Of a stretch of DNA of 64,000 bases, positions 41,501 to 49,502 are shown in pieces. Source of the stretch: an uncultured Myxococcales bacterium (GTDB lineage Bacteria > Myxococcota_A > UBA9042); the NCBI GenBank assembly GCA_903840165.1, contig CAIMEY010000002.1:56949-120948 (forward strand), read 5' to 3'. The translations under genes and the position numbers were made by a program. The notes under the pieces were generated by a model. The model did not search any database. It saw nothing but the letters and a program-made list of their open reading frames with translations, and was not told where the DNA came from. Position 1 is the stretch's first letter, and every line of letters begins with the position of its first letter.

Positions 41501-41589
41501 CGTACATGGTGGATACCCATGGCGCGACCAGTCATCTCAATGGGCGTCAAGTGCAAGATTTGGAAGACTTTCTCCGTTCATTGGAATGA
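38578..41589 (+). CDS. lipoprotein: YVTN/YncE beta-propeller fused to di-heme cytochrome c peroxidase/MauG-like domain, with an extra CX4CH heme domain
   Basis: ATGA overlap; lipobox-like TGAC; blades KVYVS, LYVGNQGAQSISVVDT, VFVSNYLGETLTIVD; ACMSCH and RGKVLF...CVTCH; LRGLFDRPPAFLHHG; CGAANCH. Confidence 0.85.
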   Translation: MSNFIKLNMVLACLMIGSGTGACGGAKPETVAKSSVGWAGNPSKYGILTSSRWAFGAPYQRQDLTPTTNPNPDPEPQPHRDHPLGLAMAQDGSKVYVSLNGSENHPGHEVAVFDVASRKVVRKIGVGSYPGDLVLHPNGKFLIVLNGFSNYASIIDTKTDAVVGEIPLDFYCADLVFNAAGTQAFVSNRYLNQILVLDVDPAGPAAKVRPLGGFAEAPFLEAGKSSANLHHILRTSCGAANCHQRDRGGFYAGENALKTYFSAMEHARAGKPDESTLLTAVIATAEGGYADNRAGSNFHAGGKVVWKRSDPAYQAVAQWIAQARPGPGIPVENFESKPGHMALSTDGKRLYVGNQGAQSISVVDTEKLQELTAIYTQNIITDLVIHKASNGRELLLATSLGLGFGAPKERDPYGGESMDPTNTAAQFSVERDPATTEPLPHDQQRILGTFDGVDGTAAFKMGDIQNDFMAIDTARLQIPPVPATGPLDYALQVNRYQAHDAWVRYTSDSAETLAMDIKGDIAPELQRVIGAFPEAIALQGDQAFVAMLGSYQLVQWQIHADATEPSDLMEPVAVFDTGIMPRRVVVGTAATPAQGLVFVSNYLGETLTIVDTAKATSTQYPVGDLTRPYPDTNAERGDMFVNTTIFSADQDTACMSCHIYGTSDGRGWGAGQAIAQSQRGDFVSGGMLAIPQLRNLFAIQPFYFEGTHTAFEAQLDDAREHIALHAFLKPNPQGDFTAIFDPRPVAARPPEHEEVQDKMAIDAYGDLYKDLEERRDEEFRLLSMKYFGKAFDFRDVQRFIGEYQVVDSRLMPNPFDQKSAQVQRGKVLFNDLGVACVTCHKPPNFTDKDEALTHNRNRALPALTTFTEREKTFTLISPAWMDKVNGFIRDLEPWEEGRYELKQGFLTTFQLRGLFDRPPAFLHHGKALSLRETFAAPNHYALRPFKFTPLRGGEQVRPDGKERGFNELSFLKEKTYMVDTHGATSHLNGRQVQDLEDFLRSLE

Positions 41590-41637
41590 TGACGGCTAGA
41601 CTTCGGCACTGCAGCGGCTTCAGTGTGAGGTAAGAGT

Positions 41638-42510
41638 ATGAAACAATGGACTATCATCTCGATTGGACTGTGCCTGGCCTCTTCGGCCCTGGCAAGACCG
41701 GTTACCGGCCCTCGTGGCAAGGATGGCAGTGAAACGGTTGTAGTTCCAAGTGGTTCCTTCGTGATGGGCGATGACCATGGCACGGCGGAGTCTAGGCCCC
41801 AGCGCACGGTCACAGTCGCGGCCTTCGCCATCGACAAGTTCGAGGTGAGCAATGCCCAGTACAAGGTATTTCTTCAATGGGTCAAGGAACATGGCGATCA
41901 AGACGTTCGCCACGCAGCCCAGCCGGCGGGCAAGGACCATACGCCGCGATTCTGGAAGTCCTTTCGGCCGACGCTTTTGACACGTACGGGCATGGCCAAG
42001 TTACAACCCTTTGATGATGAAACGTTTCGCCACGACGACCATCCCGTGGTAGGCATTGACTGGTTTGACGCATACGCCTATGCGCATTGGGCGGGCAAGA
42101 GGCTACCTACTGAAGCAGAATGGGAAAAGGCGGCTCGGGGGCCAGAGGGAACGATTTGGCCCTGGGGCAATCAGTGGCGCTTTGAGGCGTGCAACAGCGG
42201 CGGCTATCAGCAACGCGGCCCGGACGCCAAGCCCGGACGAGGCACGCCTTTCATCTACAGCGCCCCGGTCGACAGCTTTGCCTCCGGCGATTCGGTCTAC
42301 GGATGCCGCAATATGGCCGGCAATGTCGCTGAATGGGTTGGGGAATCTCCTCAGGCTGGCCTGATGCGCGTGGTCAAGGGCGGAGGCTCGGACAGCTATC
42401 CGAGTACCGTGGCCGCAGCCGCGCGCAGGCTCTATCCAGCTAATTTCAGATACTTTTCCATCGGTTTTCGCTGCGCCACGGATGCGCCTAGCCCGCCGAA
42501 CGGTAAATAG
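41638..42510 (+). CDS. FGE-sulfatase (SUMF1/EgtB/PvdO fold) secreted protein
   Basis: Signal peptide; F-MG, HPVVGIDWFDA, RLPTEAEWEKAARG, MAGNVAEW, KGG, IGFRC. Confidence 0.92.
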   Translation: MKQWTIISIGLCLASSALARPVTGPRGKDGSETVVVPSGSFVMGDDHGTAESRPQRTVTVAAFAIDKFEVSNAQYKVFLQWVKEHGDQDVRHAAQPAGKDHTPRFWKSFRPTLLTRTGMAKLQPFDDETFRHDDHPVVGIDWFDAYAYAHWAGKRLPTEAEWEKAARGPEGTIWPWGNQWRFEACNSGGYQQRGPDAKPGRGTPFIYSAPVDSFASGDSVYGCRNMAGNVAEWVGESPQAGLMRVVKGGGSDSYPSTVAAAARRLYPANFRYFSIGFRCATDAPSPPNGK

Positions 42511-42602
42511 GTCAGGGGAACCGGGAAACGCCCGGGATGATAGAGATTTTCCAAGGGGCTGCTGTTCAGCCTCCCACCAATGTGCCACAGGGGGAAATTG
42601 CC

Positions 42603-43676
42603 ATGAGCGCCAATCACGAGTCCGTAGTCATCGTTAGCCTGGACCCAGACGCGCCGGAGGCCACGCCCGGACGAATTCTCGACCTGCTCCACATGCCCAC
42701 TGAGCCCGACCAACGCGTGCGCTGGCACACCAAGGGTTTGGTCACGGTTCGCTCGGACAGCGCGGACAACGCGTTGGTCGCCAATCTCCGCGATATACCT
42801 GGTGTTTCTCGCGTGGTGTGCGTTCCGCATGGTCGTCGGTTGTCTAGTCGCACGGAGGGACGACCCCGGCAAGCTGTGAACATCGGCGGCGGCGTCCTAA
42901 TCGGCGATGGGCGCACCAGCGTGATGGCGGGGCCTTGCAGTCTGGAGAGCAAGGATCAGATCCTCAAATCAGCTGAAATTGTAGCAGAAAATGGTGGCCA
43001 AGCGCTGCGAGGGCCGGTCTACAAGCCGCGGAGCTCGCCCTATCAATTCGGTGGATATGGCGAAAAAGGGTTAGAGTACCTAGCCTTGGCCCGCGAACGT
43101 ACGGGGCTGCGCATTGTCACCGAGGTATTGGAAATCCGTCAGGTCGAAATCTTGGCGCAATCGGTCGATGTCATTCAGATTGGCGCCCGCAACATGTCCA
43201 ATTTTCCGCTGCTTTTTGCCGCTGGGGCCAACTCGACGGGCATTCCCGTGCTGCTCAAGCGCGGCTTGTCAGCGAGCATCAGCGAGTTCCTCGACGCTGC
43301 CGAGTACGTAATGCTCGGTCGACACAGCGCCAACCATATGGAACCAGGGCTGATTCTCTGCGAGCGTGGTATTCGCACCCACGCGCCAGCGCTGCGCTTT
43401 ACCTTGGACGTCGGCGCGATTCCCATCCTCAAGGACCGCACCTTCCTGCCCGTGATAGCTGACCCAAGTCACGCTGCTGGCGAGCGTTTTCTCGTCCCGG
43501 CCTTGGCTAGAGCAGCGCTTGCAGCTGGGGCCGATGGGCTGATTGTCGAGGTGCATCCTGAGCCAGACTTGGCCTGGAGCGATGCCAAACAAACCTTGGA
43601 TGCCGCAGGGTTCGCCGCCATGATGGGCGATATTCACCGCTACGCCCATGTCGAAGCGACCGCGCAGTACCTGTGA
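42603..43676 (+). CDS. aroF: 3-deoxy-7-phosphoheptulonate (DAHP) synthase, type I-beta
   Basis: AGPCSLE, YKPRSSPYQF-G, QIGARNM, LLKRG, LCERGIRT, DPSHAAG, IVEVHP-P-x3-SD. Confidence 0.92.
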   Translation: MSANHESVVIVSLDPDAPEATPGRILDLLHMPTEPDQRVRWHTKGLVTVRSDSADNALVANLRDIPGVSRVVCVPHGRRLSSRTEGRPRQAVNIGGGVLIGDGRTSVMAGPCSLESKDQILKSAEIVAENGGQALRGPVYKPRSSPYQFGGYGEKGLEYLALARERTGLRIVTEVLEIRQVEILAQSVDVIQIGARNMSNFPLLFAAGANSTGIPVLLKRGLSASISEFLDAAEYVMLGRHSANHMEPGLILCERGIRTHAPALRFTLDVGAIPILKDRTFLPVIADPSHAAGERFLVPALARAALAAGADGLIVEVHPEPDLAWSDAKQTLDAAGFAAMMGDIHRYAHVEATAQYL

Positions 43677-43704
43677 ACTAGGGACCGCACAAAGAAGGCG
43701 AGAC

Positions 43705-44607
43705 ATGAACTATCACTGGTGGATTCAAAAGCTTTTGCGAGCGATGCCTTGGCTAGCCCTGATGGCTATGCCTTGCCTTGTTCAGGCGCAACCTGCGATG
43801 CAAGATGGCTTGCCGCCTGGCATTATTCAGCAGGACAAGGGGCTGATCGCGGTCAAGGACCAGATGCCGATGGTGCGGATTGCCGCGGGGCCTCTGCAAA
43901 TGGGAAGTATGAACGGCGCGCATGATGAAAAGCCATTGCATTCCGTGATTTTGAGCGCCTATCTCATCGATCAGCATGAGGTGACGAACGCCCAGTTTGC
44001 GCGCTTTGTGGCCGAGAGCCACTACCAACCCCAAGGTCCGTATATGCGTGGATTTACAAAAGGAACGGAGCAGATGCCCGTGCGCTTTGTCACGTGGCAT
44101 GACGCTGCGGCCTATGCGCGATGGGCGGGGCGAACCTTGCCTACCGAGGCGCAGTGGGAAAGGGCAGCAAAAGGCCCGAAAAGTTTGACTTATCCCTGGG
44201 GTGATGCCTACCAGGCTGGCTTGGCCCGCCTCGGTGGTGCCGTCGCCGATGGTCCCATTGCCGTGGGGTCCCTGTTGCAGGGGGCCAGCGCCGAAGGGTG
44301 TCTGGACATGGCCGGTAACGTTTGGGAATGGGTCGCCGATTGGTACGATCGCTATGGTTACGCGGCTGTAGCGGCCAACACCCTCAATCCAAGCGGTCCC
44401 GCCGATGGCACGCCGCCCGAAGAGCGATTCCGCAAGAACAGCACAGCTTCGGGCAACGAGCGCAGCACCCTCAAGGTCATCCGCGGCGGGGCTTGGTCGT
44501 CGCGGCCCGACATGGCGCGCGCCGCCGTCCGCATGTGGAGCAGTCCCGAACATTGGCTTAATGACACAGGATTTCGCTGTGCCTTACCGCTGGAGAAGAA
44601 GCCATGA
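43705..44607 (+). CDS. second FGE-sulfatase fold secreted protein
   Basis: Signal-like N-terminus; HEVTNAQF, VTWHDAAAYARW, LPTEAQWE, DMAGNVWEWVADWY, RGGAW, TGFRC. Confidence 0.92.
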   Translation: MNYHWWIQKLLRAMPWLALMAMPCLVQAQPAMQDGLPPGIIQQDKGLIAVKDQMPMVRIAAGPLQMGSMNGAHDEKPLHSVILSAYLIDQHEVTNAQFARFVAESHYQPQGPYMRGFTKGTEQMPVRFVTWHDAAAYARWAGRTLPTEAQWERAAKGPKSLTYPWGDAYQAGLARLGGAVADGPIAVGSLLQGASAEGCLDMAGNVWEWVADWYDRYGYAAVAANTLNPSGPADGTPPEERFRKNSTASGNERSTLKVIRGGAWSSRPDMARAAVRMWSSPEHWLNDTGFRCALPLEKKP

Positions 44608-45881
44608 CTGACCGGCTTGACCCTTTGGCCCCGCTTGTGCCTCAGGCGCCGATCCGCCATCGCGAGCGCCAGGATCTTTGGACAATTGCGCAGATGCTGG
44701 GCTGGCTTGGCGTGGCGGCGCTCGTCGTCAATGCCCTGCAAGTCCTGCACGCGCCGGAGCACAGCAAAGTCCTGCAACCACTGTGGATTAATGTGGTTTA
44801 CGGCGCGCTGGCCCTGGTTGGTCTGGCCCAGCTGTGGCAGCGTCGCCACGACCTCAAACGTAGTCTCAGCAGCTTGCACTTTGGAATCGCAGTGTTACTG
44901 AGCGTGGGCGCGGCGACGGCCCTGGGCACGTGCGTGGTGCAGACAGCAAATCCCACTGTATTTTACGCGCGTTATGGGCAGCTTGCGCCGGCCATGACCT
45001 GGCTGCATCTGCAGGATGTGTTCCACAGCGCCTGGTTTCTCGGTCTTCTGGCGCTGTTTGTGGTCGGGCTCCTCGTCTCGATTGTGGCGAGGAAAGCATG
45101 GAAATTCAAGCAGATGGGCTTCCTGTTGACCCACGGTGGCACGGTCCTGCTGATCGCCGGCGGACTTTGGGGAATGCTGGCGGGTGGTAGCGGCATCATG
45201 CACCTGCAAACCGGCGAAACTACCCAGAAATTTACTTCTAGCAACGGTAAACCCAGCGAACTGCCTTTTGCCGTGACCCTGGACCGCTTTGCCGTGGAGA
45301 AACGGGCGCCGGAATACCGCGTTTCTGTTGTGGAAAAGCAGGATGGACCGGAGCGCGTCGTCGCGAGCTTTGACGCCAACGTACCCGCCGTCCATGCCGT
45401 TGCGGGCTTTGGGCGCGTCGAGGTTCGGGGGCTCAAGCTGCCCAGCGAGTCAAGCGCCGGACAGTCGGGCCCGGCTTGGCCTCAGGTGGAGGTGAAATTA
45501 CATAGTGATAATGGAGATATGCAGGACGTTCTCCTGGCTGCTGGCGCTGACGCCGCCGTGCCACTGGGGCGCGAGACCCTGGAACTGCGCTTTGGCAAGA
45601 AAGGCGATGATGTCGTGAACTTCCAATCGAGCCTTGGTATCGGCCAGGGGGCTGAGCGGCAGAAAACTGCGAAAGTACAAGTGAATCAGCCCATGGAATT
45701 CGGCGGGTATAGCCTCTACCAAGGCAGCTACGACCCGAAGAATCCGCGCTACAGCGGCATCCTGGTCGTAAAGGATCCTGGTGTGACGCTGGCCTATGTG
45801 GGTCTAATTGCCTGTATTTTAGGCCTAATTCGCATTGTCTGGTGGCGGCCGCGTCGCGCCGACAAGACGGGGGCGGCATGA
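44604..45881 (+). CDS. resB: cytochrome c biogenesis protein ResB/CcsB (System II)
   Basis: GT-V-Q, DVFHSAWF, FLLTHGG, VN-P-x3-GY-LYQ-SY, V-KDPG motifs; ATGA overlap. Confidence 0.88.
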   Translation: MTDRLDPLAPLVPQAPIRHRERQDLWTIAQMLGWLGVAALVVNALQVLHAPEHSKVLQPLWINVVYGALALVGLAQLWQRRHDLKRSLSSLHFGIAVLLSVGAATALGTCVVQTANPTVFYARYGQLAPAMTWLHLQDVFHSAWFLGLLALFVVGLLVSIVARKAWKFKQMGFLLTHGGTVLLIAGGLWGMLAGGSGIMHLQTGETTQKFTSSNGKPSELPFAVTLDRFAVEKRAPEYRVSVVEKQDGPERVVASFDANVPAVHAVAGFGRVEVRGLKLPSESSAGQSGPAWPQVEVKLHSDNGDMQDVLLAAGADAAVPLGRETLELRFGKKGDDVVNFQSSLGIGQGAERQKTAKVQVNQPMEFGGYSLYQGSYDPKNPRYSGILVVKDPGVTLAYVGLIACILGLIRIVWWRPRRADKTGAA

Positions 45882-46708
45882 TAGGCAACACCGCACAACT
45901 GTACATGATTCAGGGTGTGGCCCTGCTCACAGGCCTTGCAGCGCTAGCGCACCTGCTGCACGCCAGGACCCAGCGGTCGCTTTGGGAAAATGCGGGATTA
46001 GCCCTGTTGTTTTGCGCTTTTGCGGTCTTGTCACTGCGTATCGGCCAAACGTGGCAGTGGCTTGGGCGGCCTCCCCTGAAGACGCTTTGCGAGTCCCTGC
46101 TGGCCGTCAGTTGGCTGACCATGTTGATCCTGCTTGGGATTCACCGATGGATGCGCATGCCCTGGCTGCGAGCCGGCGTTCTGTTGGCCGTGGCCGGGTT
46201 GCTTGCCTACGCGGCTTGGCATCCGGACCTGGACCGCATCAATCTGCCGCCTTCCCTGCAAAGTCCATGGTTTATCCCGCACGTGCTGGTCTATCTCGCG
46301 GCCTACGGTTGCCTGCTGCTGGCAGCGGTGGGGGCGGCAGTGCATTTGCTGGCCCCGCAAGCGAGGTGGCAGCGCTGGCGGGCCGGGGTCATGACGACCG
46401 AGTCCTACGCCACTTTCATGCATCAATTCATCGTGATTGGCTATGTCTTGCTAAGCATCGGCATGGTGATTGGCATGGTCTGGGCCAAACAAGCCTGGGG
46501 CAACTACTGGGCCTGGGATCCTAAGGAGAATTGGGCCCTTGTCTCGTGGATCGTCTTCACCCTGTACTTTCACGTCTGGAGGCTGCCAGGTTGGCGGGAC
46601 CAAGCGCGGGCGTGGGTGGTCTTGCTGGGAATCTGCGTGATTGCATTTACTTACGTGGGCATCTCCCTGCTACCGACGGCCGATGGTAGCGTCCACACGT
46701 ACCAATAG
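45878..46708 (+). CDS. ccsA: cytochrome c synthase CcsA/ResC (System II)
   Basis: PPSLQSPWF-PHV, WWD domain WAKQAWGNYWAWDPKENW, C-terminal S-H-Y; ATGA overlap with resB. Confidence 0.93.
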   Translation: MIGNTAQLYMIQGVALLTGLAALAHLLHARTQRSLWENAGLALLFCAFAVLSLRIGQTWQWLGRPPLKTLCESLLAVSWLTMLILLGIHRWMRMPWLRAGVLLAVAGLLAYAAWHPDLDRINLPPSLQSPWFIPHVLVYLAAYGCLLLAAVGAAVHLLAPQARWQRWRAGVMTTESYATFMHQFIVIGYVLLSIGMVIGMVWAKQAWGNYWAWDPKENWALVSWIVFTLYFHVWRLPGWRDQARAWVVLLGICVIAFTYVGISLLPTADGSVHTYQ

Positions 46709-46718
46709 TGGCGTGTAA

Positions 46719-48134
46719 TCAGGGGATTGCGGCAGTAGTTCCATCAGCGTGTAGGGCAAACGAGTCCATCACGGCGTGTGACTTGTAGTCGTATGCCGTG
46801 AATTGCATTGCACCATCAGGGCGTTGGCGAGCGACGACGTAGCCGTAGTTGGCACCGCCCGTCAGCGGGGCGCCGCCGTTGCCGACGATGACCTCACGCT
46901 TGCCGTCGTACTGGTAGATGTGGCTATGTCCGCAAATCATCAGGGTAAAATTGCTTGCTAGCGCGATCTTCTGGCTTGGCGAGGTGCCTGGTGCCGTCGT
47001 GGCCGAAGAGCTCTCATGGCGCAGTAAAAACGTATAAGTGCTAGGCTGTTGCAGCACAGCCTTGAGCCAGGCCGCCTGCGTGTCGTCCCAAGCATTGGCA
47101 GCGATGAAGATCATGCGTGCCGTCCAGCTGCCGTCTTTCGCTGCGAAATGCTTGACGTAATAGGGGCGGGTTAGGCCCTGCTTGGCCAAGACCTTGGCCA
47201 TGTACGTCTGGTAAATGCCTGTTATTCCGTCGGAATTGTTGGTGCCGCAGTTGCTGGCGGTCGCTCCCGTGCACTCGTGATTGCCCATGGCGTGCCAGAC
47301 CGAACCCGAAAACAGGGCTTGGGCGCTGAGGTAGAGGTCTAGTTGCTTGCTGGCTTCGACGCCATCGGTGCTGGAAAATACGTAGTCTCCAGTGGTTACA
47401 GCAAAGGGCACTGCCGGCGTCTCCGCGGCCAAGTCCTGCCAGATGCGCGTGATGATCGCCGTCGGGTAGGTCGAGGTGGCGTCCTTGTTGGGCGGACGGG
47501 TATCGCCAATGATGGCAAAGTCAAGTTTATCAAGCAGTTCTGGGACGCCCTTGTCCGGGTCATTGGCGGCCAAGTCTTCGGCGCTCCAAGTGACGTCGGC
47601 ACTCGGGCCAATCGCGCAGGGCGGCGCCTTGGCGGCGGGGTGGCACGTGCAGTTGCTGGTGGTGCACATCCAGCCGTTGTAACAGCCGTTGGCGGCACAG
47701 GTATTCCCGGGGCCGCAGGTGCAGCAACTCGCCTTGCCGGGCGGGTCCCAGCCACAGCCGGCGGCGTCGCTGTCGTCCGGGTCGGTGCACGCGCCCTGCG
47801 GCGAGACACACGCGTAGATCGCGCCCCCAGCGGGGTCACTGGTTGCCTGGCAACTCGTTGAAGTTGGGCATGAATTGGTGGTGCCACTGCTGCAAGGCAG
47901 GGCGCAGTACCAATCGCCATCGCTCAGAACGCAATGGCCCGTGGCGCAATCGCTGTCGTTGACGCAGCTGATGCAGGCTAGCCAAGTGCTTGTTGTGTCT
48001 AGGGATTGGCTGCTGATCGTGGCATCGGCGTGGATCGGATCGGTCTGGGCACAGCCGCTGACGGCAAACAGTACAAGGCCCACGAGCCATGGCGACATCT
48101 GGGAAAAAACATGAATAGTGTTGGATAGATGCAT
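46719..48134 (-). CDS. lipoprotein: Cys-rich N-terminal region plus calcineurin-like metallophosphoesterase
   Basis: Lipobox VSGC; GDTR, TGDYV, GNHE, RHE, CGHSH motifs; start uncertain (track 48221). Confidence 0.85.
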   Translation of the reverse strand: MHLSNTIHVFSQMSPWLVGLVLFAVSGCAQTDPIHADATISSQSLDTTSTWLACISCVNDSDCATGHCVLSDGDWYCALPCSSGTTNSCPTSTSCQATSDPAGGAIYACVSPQGACTDPDDSDAAGCGWDPPGKASCCTCGPGNTCAANGCYNGWMCTTSNCTCHPAAKAPPCAIGPSADVTWSAEDLAANDPDKGVPELLDKLDFAIIGDTRPPNKDATSTYPTAIITRIWQDLAAETPAVPFAVTTGDYVFSSTDGVEASKQLDLYLSAQALFSGSVWHAMGNHECTGATASNCGTNNSDGITGIYQTYMAKVLAKQGLTRPYYVKHFAAKDGSWTARMIFIAANAWDDTQAAWLKAVLQQPSTYTFLLRHESSSATTAPGTSPSQKIALASNFTLMICGHSHIYQYDGKREVIVGNGGAPLTGGANYGYVVARQRPDGAMQFTAYDYKSHAVMDSFALHADGTTAAIP

Positions 48135-48560
48135 TGGTTCTGGTTCCGGCTGGGCAAAACGCACATTGTCGCGCGCGAAACGTCCAAGGGGGGCGAGAAT
48201 TGATGGGGTATCCCCTGGCATAAGCGATTGTTCCTAAAGTGGATCTAGCGGCGGCCCGTCTTCATTGCAAGGCCAATCGGCATCGCCCCGAGTCGCGCGC
48301 CCAACGGGGGCTGGGCATCGTGGCGGGATCGCGCGTCTGCGTCAAGGCGATTGGCCTGGGGTGTCGCGGCGAATTCCGCTGTAACGGCCAAGTTTTGCGC
48401 GCAAGGGCTCCTTTGCTTCCAGCGCCCTGCAGGGCCCGGCACCGTGACAAATATGTCACAGCCACGGCGCGAATTTCGCGGGGCCGCGGTCGGTTCGTAG
48501 GCTGAGAGCAGGCCCGTGGTTGGGCCGGCTCTGAGAACCTAAAAAAAAGGAAATTGAACA

Positions 48561-48935
48561 ATGAACATGCGCATGACCCGCCAGATCCTCTGTTCCCTTG
48601 GCCTGTCCCTGCTGCTGGTGAATTGCGACGGGCACAACGACGAAAGCCATGACCCGCAAAAGGTTTCGGACGCAAGCGTTGATGCGGTGGCCGATAGCGT
48701 GGCTTTGGCGGACGCGGCCTCGGCGGCCGATGTCGCGCAAGGGGCCGACAGTGCTGCGGTCGATGCAGCAGCCGCACCCCCCGATTCGGGACCTGCAGAT
48801 GCCGCCCTGCCGCAGGACGCTAGTCAGGTGGCGGACGCGGCGGAAGACAGCGCAGCGCCCGCGCAGGACGTCTCCAGCACCGACGACGCCGGGGCGGACG
48901 CCGTCGCGCCCGCGGATGACGCTACCGGCAGCTAG
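48561..48935 (+). CDS. small acidic Asp/Ala-rich putative lipoprotein
   Basis: Signal peptide ending LLVNC, followed only by low-complexity D/A repeats; AGGA upstream. Confidence 0.65.
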   Translation: MNMRMTRQILCSLGLSLLLVNCDGHNDESHDPQKVSDASVDAVADSVALADAASAADVAQGADSAAVDAAAAPPDSGPADAALPQDASQVADAAEDSAAPAQDVSSTDDAGADAVAPADDATGS

Positions 48936-49298
48936 CAACGCGAAATTGCGGTGGCGCGAGTCCATTGGGCGAGAGATTGCGCAATGGATTCGCGCCTGTG
49001 TGGCGCTGCCCAGCAGTTCGAAGGTCTTGCCGCAGGGGCTGCTTGCCTGTACAATGCGTCAATCCCAGAGACTGCCTTGGTCGCGGTTGCACATCGCCCA
49101 AAGACTGATTTCTCTTGGATGATGAGCGACTTTGCCGAACGCACTGCGGCCCCGACTGGTCGCGGTCGGCCGGCGCACTCCGCCAGCGGATGACGTCCGC
49201 GTGACCCGCATGGTGCGGCTGGTGTAGGACAGAAAACGCGTCGTAATTCATGGAAAGATGCTGAGCGGCATCAGCAACCCTAGTAGACATAACCGTAA

Positions 49299-49483
49299 GA
49301 GCTTTCTGGGTTACCGGAAAGCTCGCTGCGTTGTGGACTTCCGGCCGGGGACACGGCCCAATGCAAGGATGAGCCCGCAGGCAGGGGCGAGGGGCGGCGC
49401 GCCCCCTTGATACTAGAAGCAAACACTGTACCTCTAACCCGCAAGGAACTTCGGGTTTGAGGTACTAGACTACCTTTGGGTAG
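49299..49483. other. cluster of stem-loops in the leader of the activase gene
   Basis: 11-bp hairpin 49299-49324, 5-bp hairpin about 49391-49405, 13-bp interrupted hairpin 49428-49465, 5-bp hairpin 49470-49483. Confidence 0.45.
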
Positions 49484-49502
49484 CGCGGAGCCTTCGATTC
49501 GC

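Noticed and set aside
34835-41589. Calling the genes hzsA/hzsBC and inferring anammox
   Set aside because: Only architectural similarity is visible. Heme motifs differ, and no hydrazine dehydrogenase or other anammox genes are in the window.
48936-49193. In-frame continuation after the TAG of the 48561 lipoprotein (possible read-through)
   Set aside because: The downstream translation does not look protein-like and there is no sign of recoding machinery.
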